64,000 nt of DNA from the NCBI GenBank assembly GCA_050633305.1, contig JBOEGF010000016.1, forward strand, positions 32,001 through 96,000, written 5' to 3'. Positions within the stretch are counted from its first letter, which is position 1; each line of letters starts with the position of its first letter. Of this stretch, positions 49,911 to 58,212 are shown piece by piece. The stretch is from Nannocystales bacterium. Lineage in GTDB: Bacteria > Myxococcota_A > Polyangia > Nannocystales > Nannocystaceae. The notes beneath the pieces were generated by a model. That model was not told the DNA's origin. It saw only the letters and a list, made by a program, of their open reading frames with translations, and ran no database searches. A program made the translations under genes and the position numbers.

Positions 49911-52097
49911 TCAGAGCCGTCGTCGTCCCCTGAACAGGCCGAACAACACGACGAGCCAACCACCGCCGAGCCCCCGTCCCGAGTCGCCGCTGTGCGTGTC
50001 GCAGCTACAGCCATCGAGCGTGGCTGTGTCGACGCCGGACTCCCCGGTCGAGCCCCCTGGGCCACCACTCGTTGAGGGATCGGTCCCGCTGGTGGTGCCC
50101 GTGTCGGGGGGAGACGAGGTGCCTCCGACGGTGTTTCCCCCCGAGCTGTCCGCAACGCCTCCTGTGGTGACAGAAGCGCCGGTGGTCCCCGTCGAGCTCG
50201 ACCCTGAGGGAGCGTCGGTTGTGCTGGTATCTCCGGTGTCGCCTCCAGACTCACCCGACGTTGAGCCGCCGGTTTCGGAGGGGGCGCCGAGGCAGCTGGC
50301 GGGCTCGCAACAAGTGTCGAAGTCGAGCGTCCCTGAGATCTGTTCCAGTGCGTCTCGGAGCGCGCTCTCGTCTGCCGCGATCAACGGGCCGATCGAGCCA
50401 CCGGTACACGGGATGCCAGTTCCGCCGGACCCCCAGCAGGCCATGTTGGCGAGCTCCGCCGAGGCGAGCTCCCCGCCGAACCCGACGACGAACGTGGTGG
50501 TGTTGTCGTTGCCATACATGTCCTGCAGCTCGGCGGACACTTGTTCGTCGGTGGACCAGCCTTCGTCCCCGTATGACCCATCGGTGATCAGGATGTTGAC
50601 GAAGACCGTGGACGCCGAGACTGACGTCGTGGGCGGGGGATCGAGTCGATACTGATCAGCATTGGCGTTGGCCAGCGCCAACCCGGTGTGGGTCGCGGTT
50701 GCCGAGCCCGTGCAGGGACCGGGGCCCAACCCCACTCCCACGACGCACTCCGGCATCGCGCTGAACGTATCTTGATCGAAGCCCGGGTAGCCCGCCGAGT
50801 CTGGTCCTTGGGGCGACCAGATGATCGGGGGTCCGCTCCATGCATCGCCGCACCCCGCCCCACACGATGTGTTTGGGTCGAGCGCCCAATCGACGTTCGC
50901 CCTCGTACAGGGCCCGTAGTTGGTCAACAACTGCTGCTGGCCCTCACTTCCAAACGTCATCACGCCGATGTGGGCGAGGTCTGCAAGCGAGGCACCGTCC
51001 AACCCGGTCGGTTGGATCCCAAAGAAGGACGGGGCGTCCACGAGCACGCGCCTTGCGATGTCCCAGCCCGTCGTTCCCATCGCCCCGGGTTGGGTAACCC
51101 CAGGCTGCAGGGGGTCCTCGACGTTGAGCATCGAACTCGAGGCGTCGAGGATGACCATGATGCGCGGCGCCTGTTCGAGGCACGGGGTTCCGATCTGGGA
51201 GTCGGTGACGTCGTCCGCTAGGCTGATGAGCCCCGCTTCCAGCTCCTCGTCATCGGCGGGCCCGAGGGCGAGTACGGTTCCACCAGCGTTGGCCGTGTCA
51301 TCCGCGAACGGGGCTCCCAGCGCGTCACCAAAGGCGATGACGTAGGTCGGCACGTTGTCCGACGCAAAGAGTTCCCCGGCGACAGGGACTGGGTCGTGCA
51401 GCTCATCCTCCGGTGGTAGCCCCGTCGGTGTTGTCCACGGGCCGTCCGTCATCAGGATGATGAAGTAGTCCCGCTCGTCTCCCGGCGTCGTGTCTTGGGG
51501 ATGGTCGGCGCGCGTCTGCGCGATATAGCCGCGGGCTGCTTCGAGTGCCCCGGTGGTCCAGCTCTCAATGCCTGCGCACGAGGGGCCGACACACAGCGGG
51601 GGCCCGGCTGCGGTCAACGCGTTGACGACCTGAGCCCCCGAACACTCGAAGTATCCGGAGGGGTCGCCGACCGGATCGTACCAGCCAACGTCGATAGCGT
51701 GCCCATCGATGAGCCCAGAGGACTCCACTTGTCCGCCTTCCACGATGATGGTGCCTTCGGTGTCTAGGTCGGGATCATGCCCGTAGCGTAGGAGTCCGAG
51801 GTGCATCTGTTCATCGAAGAATCCGTTGTCAGCCAGCACCAGGCCCTCGATCGCTTGCACCGTTGCCTCCCACCGGGTTTGGGTCGCCGTGAGGTCCTCG
51901 TTCATCGACGACGAGTAGTCGACCACGAGCAAGAGGTTGGGCTTCTTGAGTCCACACGACTCCTCCTCCGAGAGGCAACCGCCTCCCGCGCGGGCGGGCG
52001 CCTGGGCTCCCCCGGCAGCCGCGAAACCAACTCCCACCAGCAGTCCGCACTGCACGCTCATGTGGAGCCAAGACCCAAACTTTGTCGGTTGCTTCAT
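49911..52097 (-). CDS. Tandem vWA-domain surface protein with MYXO-CTERM
   Basis: Two MIDAS motifs (DYSSSM, DASSSM) each with TDG; C-terminal GCSC + TM + RGRRRL. Confidence 0.85.
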   Translation of the reverse strand: MKQPTKFGSWLHMSVQCGLLVGVGFAAAGGAQAPARAGGGCLSEEESCGLKKPNLLLVVDYSSSMNEDLTATQTRWEATVQAIEGLVLADNGFFDEQMHLGLLRYGHDPDLDTEGTIIVEGGQVESSGLIDGHAIDVGWYDPVGDPSGYFECSGAQVVNALTAAGPPLCVGPSCAGIESWTTGALEAARGYIAQTRADHPQDTTPGDERDYFIILMTDGPWTTPTGLPPEDELHDPVPVAGELFASDNVPTYVIAFGDALGAPFADDTANAGGTVLALGPADDEELEAGLISLADDVTDSQIGTPCLEQAPRIMVILDASSSMLNVEDPLQPGVTQPGAMGTTGWDIARRVLVDAPSFFGIQPTGLDGASLADLAHIGVMTFGSEGQQQLLTNYGPCTRANVDWALDPNTSCGAGCGDAWSGPPIIWSPQGPDSAGYPGFDQDTFSAMPECVVGVGLGPGPCTGSATATHTGLALANANADQYRLDPPPTTSVSASTVFVNILITDGSYGDEGWSTDEQVSAELQDMYGNDNTTTFVVGFGGELASAELANMACWGSGGTGIPCTGGSIGPLIAADESALRDALEQISGTLDFDTCCEPASCLGAPSETGGSTSGESGGDTGDTSTTDAPSGSSSTGTTGASVTTGGVADSSGGNTVGGTSSPPDTGTTSGTDPSTSGGPGGSTGESGVDTATLDGCSCDTHSGDSGRGLGGGWLVVLFGLFRGRRRL

Positions 52098-52209
52098 TCG
52101 GATATGCGCTCCTCAACGATCGGGGCATCACCCAGGCGTGGGTTGCCAGCCCCATGGTCACCGAGGGCGAGCCGCTGGGTCTACGACCGAGTCCTGAGAC
52201 AGCGATCGG

Positions 52210-52265
52210 ATTCGTTTTGTTAGTTTAAGTTGTTTTAAATGTTGGCTTTGCTATCTTGAGGTTGC
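52210..52265. promoter_or_regulatory. AT-rich divergent promoter region
   Basis: ttcgttttgttagtttaagttgttttaaatgttggctttgctatctt in a GC-rich background between divergent genes. Confidence 0.5.
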
Positions 52266-52286
52266 TGCAGGCGCCGCAGGGTTCAG

Positions 52287-53246
52287 ATGACGAATAAGGC
52301 AAGTATTTTCAAGGTCCTGGCAGTTCTCTCTCTGGCTACGTCCGCCTGTGATGCGAAAGACGGAGAGTCGGCAGCTCAGATCGCTGGGACGTCGGGTACG
52401 GAGCCCACCACGGCCGGTCCCGTGGCCGATACGGAGGACCCTCCATCGACCTCCCCTGTGGACGATGACGGGGGCGAGGAGAGCTCCACCACCGACGCGC
52501 CTTCGGAAACCGAAGGCGACACCGAGCCTGGGTGCGCGTTCTTGGGATGCGGCGAGACGGACGACAACCGAGAGGTCTTCGGCTGTGACCTCTGGGGGCA
52601 GGACTGTCCGTCGGGCGAGAAATGCATGCCGTGGGCGAATGATGGCGGCCCGTCGTGGAACGGGTCCCGATGTTCGCCTGTTGACGCCAGCCCGGGGCAG
52701 CCCGGAGACCCATGCATGGTCGAGGGTAGTGGCGTCAGTGGTGTCGACTCCTGCGACGTCGGGTCGATGTGCTGGAATGTCGATGAGGAGAACGCGGGTA
52801 CATGTGTCTCGCTGTGCCAGGGCTCGCCGGAGAACACGCTGTGTGACAACCCGGCCGACGTTTGCATCGTCGCCAACGACGGGGCGCTACCCTTGTGCCT
52901 GCCGCAGTGTGACCCGTTGTTGGGGTGCGCGGACGGTGAGGGGTGTTACCCCGGAGCCGGTGGCTTCGTCTGCATTCCGGATGCTTCGGGACCGGACCTC
53001 GGTGCGTACGGTGACGCGTGCGAGTACGTGAACGCCTGCGACCCGGGCTTGTTCTGTGGAGCGTCGACCATCGTCCCTGGATGCGAGGGCAGTGGCTGTT
53101 GCACGGACTTCTGTGACCTGGACGACCCCGAACCTTCCGCGGGCTGCGGCGGCCTCGCCGGAGGCCAAGAATGCATCTCGGCCTTCGATGAAGGGCAGGC
53201 GCAACCAGGGCTCGAAGACGTCGGAGTGTGCGCAATCCCGGAGTAG
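52287..53246 (+). CDS. Cys-rich lipoprotein (paralogue of 32027-32974)
   Basis: TSAC lipobox; CDLWGQDCPSGEKCMPWANDGG...MCWNVD...CCTDFCDL. Confidence 0.85.
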   Translation: MTNKASIFKVLAVLSLATSACDAKDGESAAQIAGTSGTEPTTAGPVADTEDPPSTSPVDDDGGEESSTTDAPSETEGDTEPGCAFLGCGETDDNREVFGCDLWGQDCPSGEKCMPWANDGGPSWNGSRCSPVDASPGQPGDPCMVEGSGVSGVDSCDVGSMCWNVDEENAGTCVSLCQGSPENTLCDNPADVCIVANDGALPLCLPQCDPLLGCADGEGCYPGAGGFVCIPDASGPDLGAYGDACEYVNACDPGLFCGASTIVPGCEGSGCCTDFCDLDDPEPSAGCGGLAGGQECISAFDEGQAQPGLEDVGVCAIPE

Positions 53247-53305
53247 GGTTCTCTTCCCAGGCTTGCGAGCCTTGGGGCGCCGGAGGAGCTATCGTCTCGG
53301 CGCTC

Positions 53306-53986
53306 ATGAAGGCGAAGCACAGGGTTGTGATGGTCGGGTCGACAGGTGCCGTGGGCGGACACGTCGCGATGGCCCTGGCGGACTCCGAGGATGTGGAGCG
53401 GTTGACCCTGCTGGGTCGACGCCCCACCGAGGGACTCCCGGGCACCTGCGTCGAGCAACACACGGTCGATGTGCTGGATCCCTCGACCTACCGAGAGCTC
53501 GTCTCGGAACATGACGTCGCGATCTGCACGCTCGGGGTCGGGGAGCCTTCGAAGATGAGCAAGGAGGACTTCGTGCGCATCGACAAAGACGCCGTTCTCG
53601 CGTTTGCCACCACGTGCCGCGAGGCGGGAGTGCAGCACTTCGAGCTGCTGTCCTCGGTGGGGGTCGGCTCGCAGGCGAGCTCGTTCTACCTGCGGACCAA
53701 GGGCCAACTCGAAGACGGCCTTCGGGCGTTGGGGTTTTCGCGGCTCAGCCTGTTTCATCCCTCGATGATCCTCACCCCGAGCAACCGCTACGGGGTGAGT
53801 CAGGCAGTCACGTTGGCGGTGTGGCCGAAGCTGAAGCCCCTGCTTCTGGGTCCGCTGCGAAAACTCCGGGGCGTCCGAGTGGAGGACCTCGGCCGAGCGA
53901 TCGCGCTGAATGTGTTCACGCGGGGGCAGGGCGAGGAAGTCCTCGAGTGGGATGACTTCTCCGCCCTGGTCACGGGCGGCGCTTAG
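53306..53986 (+). CDS. NAD(P)-binding protein, TIP30/YraR-like atypical SDR
   Basis: GSTGAVG, ICTLG, LSSVG, FYLRTKGQLE; stop overlaps the convergent gene's stop. Confidence 0.85.
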   Translation: MKAKHRVVMVGSTGAVGGHVAMALADSEDVERLTLLGRRPTEGLPGTCVEQHTVDVLDPSTYRELVSEHDVAICTLGVGEPSKMSKEDFVRIDKDAVLAFATTCREAGVQHFELLSSVGVGSQASSFYLRTKGQLEDGLRALGFSRLSLFHPSMILTPSNRYGVSQAVTLAVWPKLKPLLLGPLRKLRGVRVEDLGRAIALNVFTRGQGEEVLEWDDFSALVTGGA

Positions 53987-54960
53987 GCGTCCGCCAACAG
54001 CGACTCGCTGAGGGTCCACAGTCTCTCGGCCTGCGCGTCGTCGCATGCGTGATCGTTGACGCCGGCGAACCGACCCGTCGGGGAGTCTGGGTCGGTCGGG
54101 CTGGCCACGTCGCAGTCCTCGCAGTACACGCCCGCCTTGCCCGCCAGCGTCTCCGACGTCGCGGCCCACAGTGTCGTGGAGCAGCCTTGCTCGGGTGTCT
54201 TGAAGCTGGATTTGGCGGTCTCCGACGGCTCGCCATTCTCTTCGATCCAACCCAGCGCGACCATCTCCTCCTTGGGCAGGTGACGCTGCAGCGGGGTGAA
54301 GATGCCGCCGGGGTGCACGGAGAACGCGAGGCCTCCGGTGTCGGAGAGACGCCGAGCGAGGGCGTTGGCAAACAGTGCGTTGGCGGTCTTGGCCTGCCCG
54401 TATGCCTTCCACTTGTTGTACTTCGTATCGGCGAACTGGATGTCGTCCCAACGAATGCCGCTGATCTTGTGCCCGGTCGACGAGAGCGCCACAACCCGGG
54501 TGCCCGCGGTCTTCTGCAACAGGGGCATCAGCGCCTGCGTCAGCGCGAAGTGACCGACGTGGTTCACGCCGAACTGCGCTTCCCAGCCCGGACCGACGCG
54601 CGTCTCGGGGCAGGCCATGATGCCGGCGTTGTTGATCAACATGTCCAGCCCCTCGAGCTGTCCGAGCATGGCCTCGGCAAAGCTGCGGACCGAGGCGAGG
54701 TCGGCGAGGTCGAGGGCGTGGGTCTTCACGTCTCCGTCGACGCCTGCCAGGCTCTCCTTGGCTTTGTCCGGCGAGCGCACGGGGACGATCACTCGGACAC
54801 CCTTGGCCGCCAGCGCGCGCGTCGTCTCGAGACCGATACCGCTGTAGCCGCCCGTGACGATCGCGGTCTTTCCGGAGAGCTCGACCTCTGCGATGACGTC
54901 GGCACCGTCGGTCTTGGAGGAGAAGCCGGAGTTGGTGGGGACTTGGTCCGTGCGCGACAT
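53983..54960 (-). CDS. Short-chain dehydrogenase (retinol dehydrogenase-like)
   Basis: TGGYSGIG, NNAGIM, YGQAK, VHPG motifs. Confidence 0.92.
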   Translation of the reverse strand: MSRTDQVPTNSGFSSKTDGADVIAEVELSGKTAIVTGGYSGIGLETTRALAAKGVRVIVPVRSPDKAKESLAGVDGDVKTHALDLADLASVRSFAEAMLGQLEGLDMLINNAGIMACPETRVGPGWEAQFGVNHVGHFALTQALMPLLQKTAGTRVVALSSTGHKISGIRWDDIQFADTKYNKWKAYGQAKTANALFANALARRLSDTGGLAFSVHPGGIFTPLQRHLPKEEMVALGWIEENGEPSETAKSSFKTPEQGCSTTLWAATSETLAGKAGVYCEDCDVASPTDPDSPTGRFAGVNDHACDDAQAERLWTLSESLLADA

Positions 54961-55037
54961 GGAGCGCGTAGCCTGCCACGAGACGCAGGAAATCTGACGG
55001 AGAGTTGGGTCCCAGTGGTTGGGACGCCCGAACGCGC

Positions 55038-55856
55038 CTATCGATTCGCCGAATTGCCGGTCTCATGGTCGCCCATGACCCGGAACAGCAATTCGTGGAG
55101 TCGAGCACTGGACCCTCCCTCGAGGTCGGCGCTGGAGACCACGTTGAGACGATGCCGGTACCGTTCCTCATCGCCATCGCCCTCGGTCCCCAGCTGCGGC
55201 ACTTCGGGCCCGCGCTGCTCGACCGGAAAGGTGCCCCGCAGCCCCGAGCACTGGTAACAGATGCCCTGCTTGGCGACGATGGCACACAGTCCATCAAACG
55301 AACGCTGCATGTGCTTGCGCGCGTCGGACAGCCGGTGACGCAAGACGGATTGGCTGACGCCCGCATGCGTGGCCGCCTCCGCGTTGGACAGGCCGAGCAC
55401 GTCTCGGAGCACCAACGCGACTTGTTGCTCGGGCTCCAGCGAGCGCCCCACACACGTGAAGCAGAAGGCGATGTGTTGGTGCGCGTCGAAGACGAAGCTT
55501 GGGTCGAACGCCGGGGAAGCCGGGTCGCGGTGCACGGCTTCTTGCGCAGCAACCGGGAGGTCCCGCTGTGCATCCCATCTCCAGCGTTTTCTCGCCCGCA
55601 ACGCGTTGAGGCATTGCCTTGTCGTGATCGAGTATAGCCACGTCCCGAACTGCGCGTCCTCCCGAAACCCATCGAGCCCGTTCGAGGCTCGGAGCAGTGA
55701 CTCCTGCACCACCTCCTGCGCGTCGTCGGGGTTGCCGAGCATCCGTGCCGCGAGCTTGTGCAGCCGCTGAAGGTGCGGCTGGACCAGGTGCCGAAACGCT
55801 TGTTCGTCTCCCTGTCGGGCCCGCGCCAACCACTGGGAACTGCCAGGCTCGTCCAT
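55038..55856 (-). CDS. ECF sigma factor with linker CxxC and Cys-rich C-terminal extension
   Basis: DAQEVVQES, FGTWLYSI, HIAFCFTC, LRDVLGLS, CAIVAKQGICYQC. Confidence 0.88.
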   Translation of the reverse strand: MDEPGSSQWLARARQGDEQAFRHLVQPHLQRLHKLAARMLGNPDDAQEVVQESLLRASNGLDGFREDAQFGTWLYSITTRQCLNALRARKRWRWDAQRDLPVAAQEAVHRDPASPAFDPSFVFDAHQHIAFCFTCVGRSLEPEQQVALVLRDVLGLSNAEAATHAGVSQSVLRHRLSDARKHMQRSFDGLCAIVAKQGICYQCSGLRGTFPVEQRGPEVPQLGTEGDGDEERYRHRLNVVSSADLEGGSSARLHELLFRVMGDHETGNSANR

Positions 55857-55962
55857 CGATCAGGATCTGTTGTAGCCCACGAGACCCACGATGGCCACGA
55901 TGAGAACCCGCAAGGTTTCAACACTTTGGCAGGTTGACGAGCGGTCGGTGTCCAACTCGGTG

Positions 55963-56337
55963 ATGCACAAGATCATCGTTGGAGTGTTCAATCCTGGCGA
56001 GACTCCCGCCGACAACGGTCGCACCATTCACGCACTCAAGCTGACCCAGCGCCTCCACGCCGAGAGCGCCGACGTGGAGTTGTTGTTCGAGGGGCAGGGG
56101 GTTCAGTGGTTGCCCCGACTCACGCACCGTACGGAGGACAGCCACCCGTTCGACAGGCACTACGGCTCGGTGTTCGACGAGGTGCGGAGCCTCGCGAGGG
56201 CCTGCAACATGTGCTGCATTCGCTTCGACGTCCTGGACGCCGTTCGTGAAGCCAAGATCCCGATTCTCGGCACGGGGCGAGAACACGTCGACATCGCTCG
56301 GTACGTCCTGGACGGCTACCAGATCATCAACCACTGA
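55963..56337 (+). CDS. DsrE/DsrF-like protein
   Basis: VELLFEGQGVQW and ACNMC motifs. Confidence 0.75.
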   Translation: MHKIIVGVFNPGETPADNGRTIHALKLTQRLHAESADVELLFEGQGVQWLPRLTHRTEDSHPFDRHYGSVFDEVRSLARACNMCCIRFDVLDAVREAKIPILGTGREHVDIARYVLDGYQIINH

Positions 56338-56389
56338 TCCGGGACACCTCGCGGGTTGGCCCACTGCGGCAGGCACGGCGCCTGCCCAG

Positions 56390-56731
56390 TCAACCCAGGA
56401 GCTCGAGCAACGCTTCGGGCGGCCGACCCACCGCGGCCTTGGTCCCCACAACGCCGATGGGCCGCTGCAGCAGCGTGGGGTTCTCGGCCATCAGTCCGAG
56501 CAGCTCCGCGTCGGTTTCGTCTCCGGTCAGTCCCAGCTTGTTCGCGTCCCTGGTCCGCAAGACCTCCCGGGGCCCTACGCCCAGCTTGCCCAGCACGTCC
56601 TCGAGCTCGTCTTGGCTGAGGGGATCTTGCTTGTACTCCCGATACTCGAAGGCAACGCCCTTGTCGTTGAGCAAGGCGACCGCCTTGCGACACGTGCCTC
56701 AAGTCTTCGTGCAGATCAGCAGCATGCTCAT
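56390..56731 (-). CDS. ArsC/Spx-family reductase, selenoprotein (Sec11, UxxC)
   Basis: MSMLLICTKT-TGA-GTCRKAVALL...LLQRPI...VGRPPE; in-frame TGA at 56701-56699 at the catalytic Cys position; SECIS-like hairpin follows. Confidence 0.85.
56662..56698 (-). promoter_or_regulatory. Bacterial SECIS-like element
   Basis: mRNA after UGA: ggcacgugucGCAAGGC-GGUC-GCCUUGCucaacgaca; perfect 7-bp stem with GGUC loop starting at +18; UGUCG/CGACA can extend it. Confidence 0.75.
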
Positions 56732-56751
56732 TTGTTGCAGGCTACGAACCA

Positions 56752-56773
56752 TTGCAGTTGGATTGCAACTGCA
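56752..56773. promoter_or_regulatory. Putative Fur/Zur-family operator
   Basis: Inverted repeat TGCAGTTG-GATTG-CAACTGCA, containing TTGCA-N7-TGCAA, between divergent selenoprotein and regulator genes. Confidence 0.6.
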
Positions 56774-56796
56774 GATCGACTAGGCTCGCGCACCCA

Positions 56797-57264
56797 ATGG
56801 CCAAGCTCAGTCGAGAAGAGGCCCGGCGCGCGCTTCATGATGCCGGAATGAGGGCGACCGCTCCGCGTGTTGCGGTCTTTCGTCTTCTGACCGATGCAAC
56901 CCGTCCGCTGTCGCATGCCGAGGTCGTCGAGCGCATCGGGACGGACGACTGGGATGCGGCGACTCTCTACCGCAACCTCATCAAGCTCGACGAAGCGGGG
57001 CTGGCGCGGGTCGCTTCGCGTGTGGGCGGTGTCACGCGGTTTGAGGCATACGGGGGAGATGCACCTGCACATGTGCACCCGCACTTCGCTTGTCGTGAGT
57101 GCGGAAACGTCACCTGCCTGCATGACGCGACGCTGTCGATCCCCAAGGACGACGTCTGGCGCGAGGCGCTGCTCGACGCAGACCTTCAGGTCGTGGGTCA
57201 GTGTCCTAGCTGTCGAAAGCCAGCGCGGAAGACGAAGACAGGTCGCAAGCGCAAGGGTGTGTGA
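56797..57264 (+). CDS. Fur family regulator, probably Zur-like
   Basis: GMRATAPR, ATLYRNL, HVHPHFACRECG, GQCPSC. Confidence 0.9.
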   Translation: MAKLSREEARRALHDAGMRATAPRVAVFRLLTDATRPLSHAEVVERIGTDDWDAATLYRNLIKLDEAGLARVASRVGGVTRFEAYGGDAPAHVHPHFACRECGNVTCLHDATLSIPKDDVWREALLDADLQVVGQCPSCRKPARKTKTGRKRKGV

Positions 57265-57419
57265 GGGCTTGGCGCCGTCTCAACCAAGAGGACGCGCGTT
57301 GCCCGGGTGCCGAGCTGAGACCACTGCTGGGACTGAGTTCAGCTGCCTTCCCGCGCCGCGCGCGACCGTAGACGCTCGATGTTGACGCACACCCGCAGCT
57401 CGTACAACCACGGTGCACA

Positions 57420-57435
57420 TGCAAAACAGTTGCGA
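57420..57435 (+). promoter_or_regulatory. Second putative Fur/Zur box upstream of TonB operon
   Basis: TGCAA-AACAG-TTGCGA, same TGCAR-N5-TTGCR shape as the 56753 site. Confidence 0.5.
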
Positions 57436-57450
57436 TATGTTGGCTTTCTG

Positions 57451-58212
57451 ATGCCGAAGAGTCGCTCAGTGGCCGCGTGGTTGGCGGTGCTCGCGTTGGG
57501 CATCCCGGCGTTGGCACACGCCACAGGCGTGACGGTTGCCGATCTCGCCAAGCTTCGGAGCGAGGTCGATCAGCTCGCCTCCGACCTCGAGACCGAGCGG
57601 ACGGCAGCGCGCGACGAGCTCGCAGCGCTGCGGGCCGAGCGAGCCGAACTGGAGCGTCAGGTCCGAGCCGCGCGAACCCGGAAGGCAACGCTCGAGGCCC
57701 TTCGTACCGAGGCAACCAAGCAGGCTGAAGCCGCCGACGAAGACGCGCGTCGCTGGGCCGAACCGATGAAGGCGGCAGTCGCTGCAGCTCGGTCTCACGT
57801 GGCCGATGGCTTGCCGTTCGCCCGGGATGCTCGGTTGAAGACGCTCGAGCGGTTGGAGCTCGACCTCCAAGCTGCGACTCCGGACTACGGACGGGTGCTG
57901 GAGCGGCTGCTTCGCTTCGTCGAAGAGGAAGAGGCGATGGCTGGCGAGGTTGCGTACACGCAGCAGCGGCTGGAGGTTGAGGGCAAACCGCAGATCGTAC
58001 GTGTGCTCCGCCTTGGACTGGCTCTGCTGTATTTTCGCACCGAAGACGGTCGCGTGGGCTGGGCGATCCCCGGTCCGGCCGGCTGGGACGTTAAGCTCCT
58101 GAGCGATGCTCTTGCCGAACCGGTTCGAGCACGCTTCGAGGCGGCCGAGGACAACGAAACGTTGGGGGCTGCGGCGCTGCTTCTTCCGGTCACCCCGGAG
58201 ATGACGCGATGA
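57451..58212 (+). CDS. DUF3450 family periplasmic coiled-coil protein (TtpB-like)
   Basis: Signal peptide, coiled coil, GLPF, VLRLG..LYFRT.DG motifs. Confidence 0.8.
   Translation: MPKSRSVAAWLAVLALGIPALAHATGVTVADLAKLRSEVDQLASDLETERTAARDELAALRAERAELERQVRAARTRKATLEALRTEATKQAEAADEDARRWAEPMKAAVAAARSHVADGLPFARDARLKTLERLELDLQAATPDYGRVLERLLRFVEEEEAMAGEVAYTQQRLEVEGKPQIVRVLRLGLALLYFRTEDGRVGWAIPGPAGWDVKLLSDALAEPVRARFEAAEDNETLGAAALLLPVTPEMTR

Noticed and set aside
52946..55924. 992-aa minus-strand ORF
   Set aside because: Shadow frame over four genes with clear motifs; Arg/Pro-rich with no domain signal
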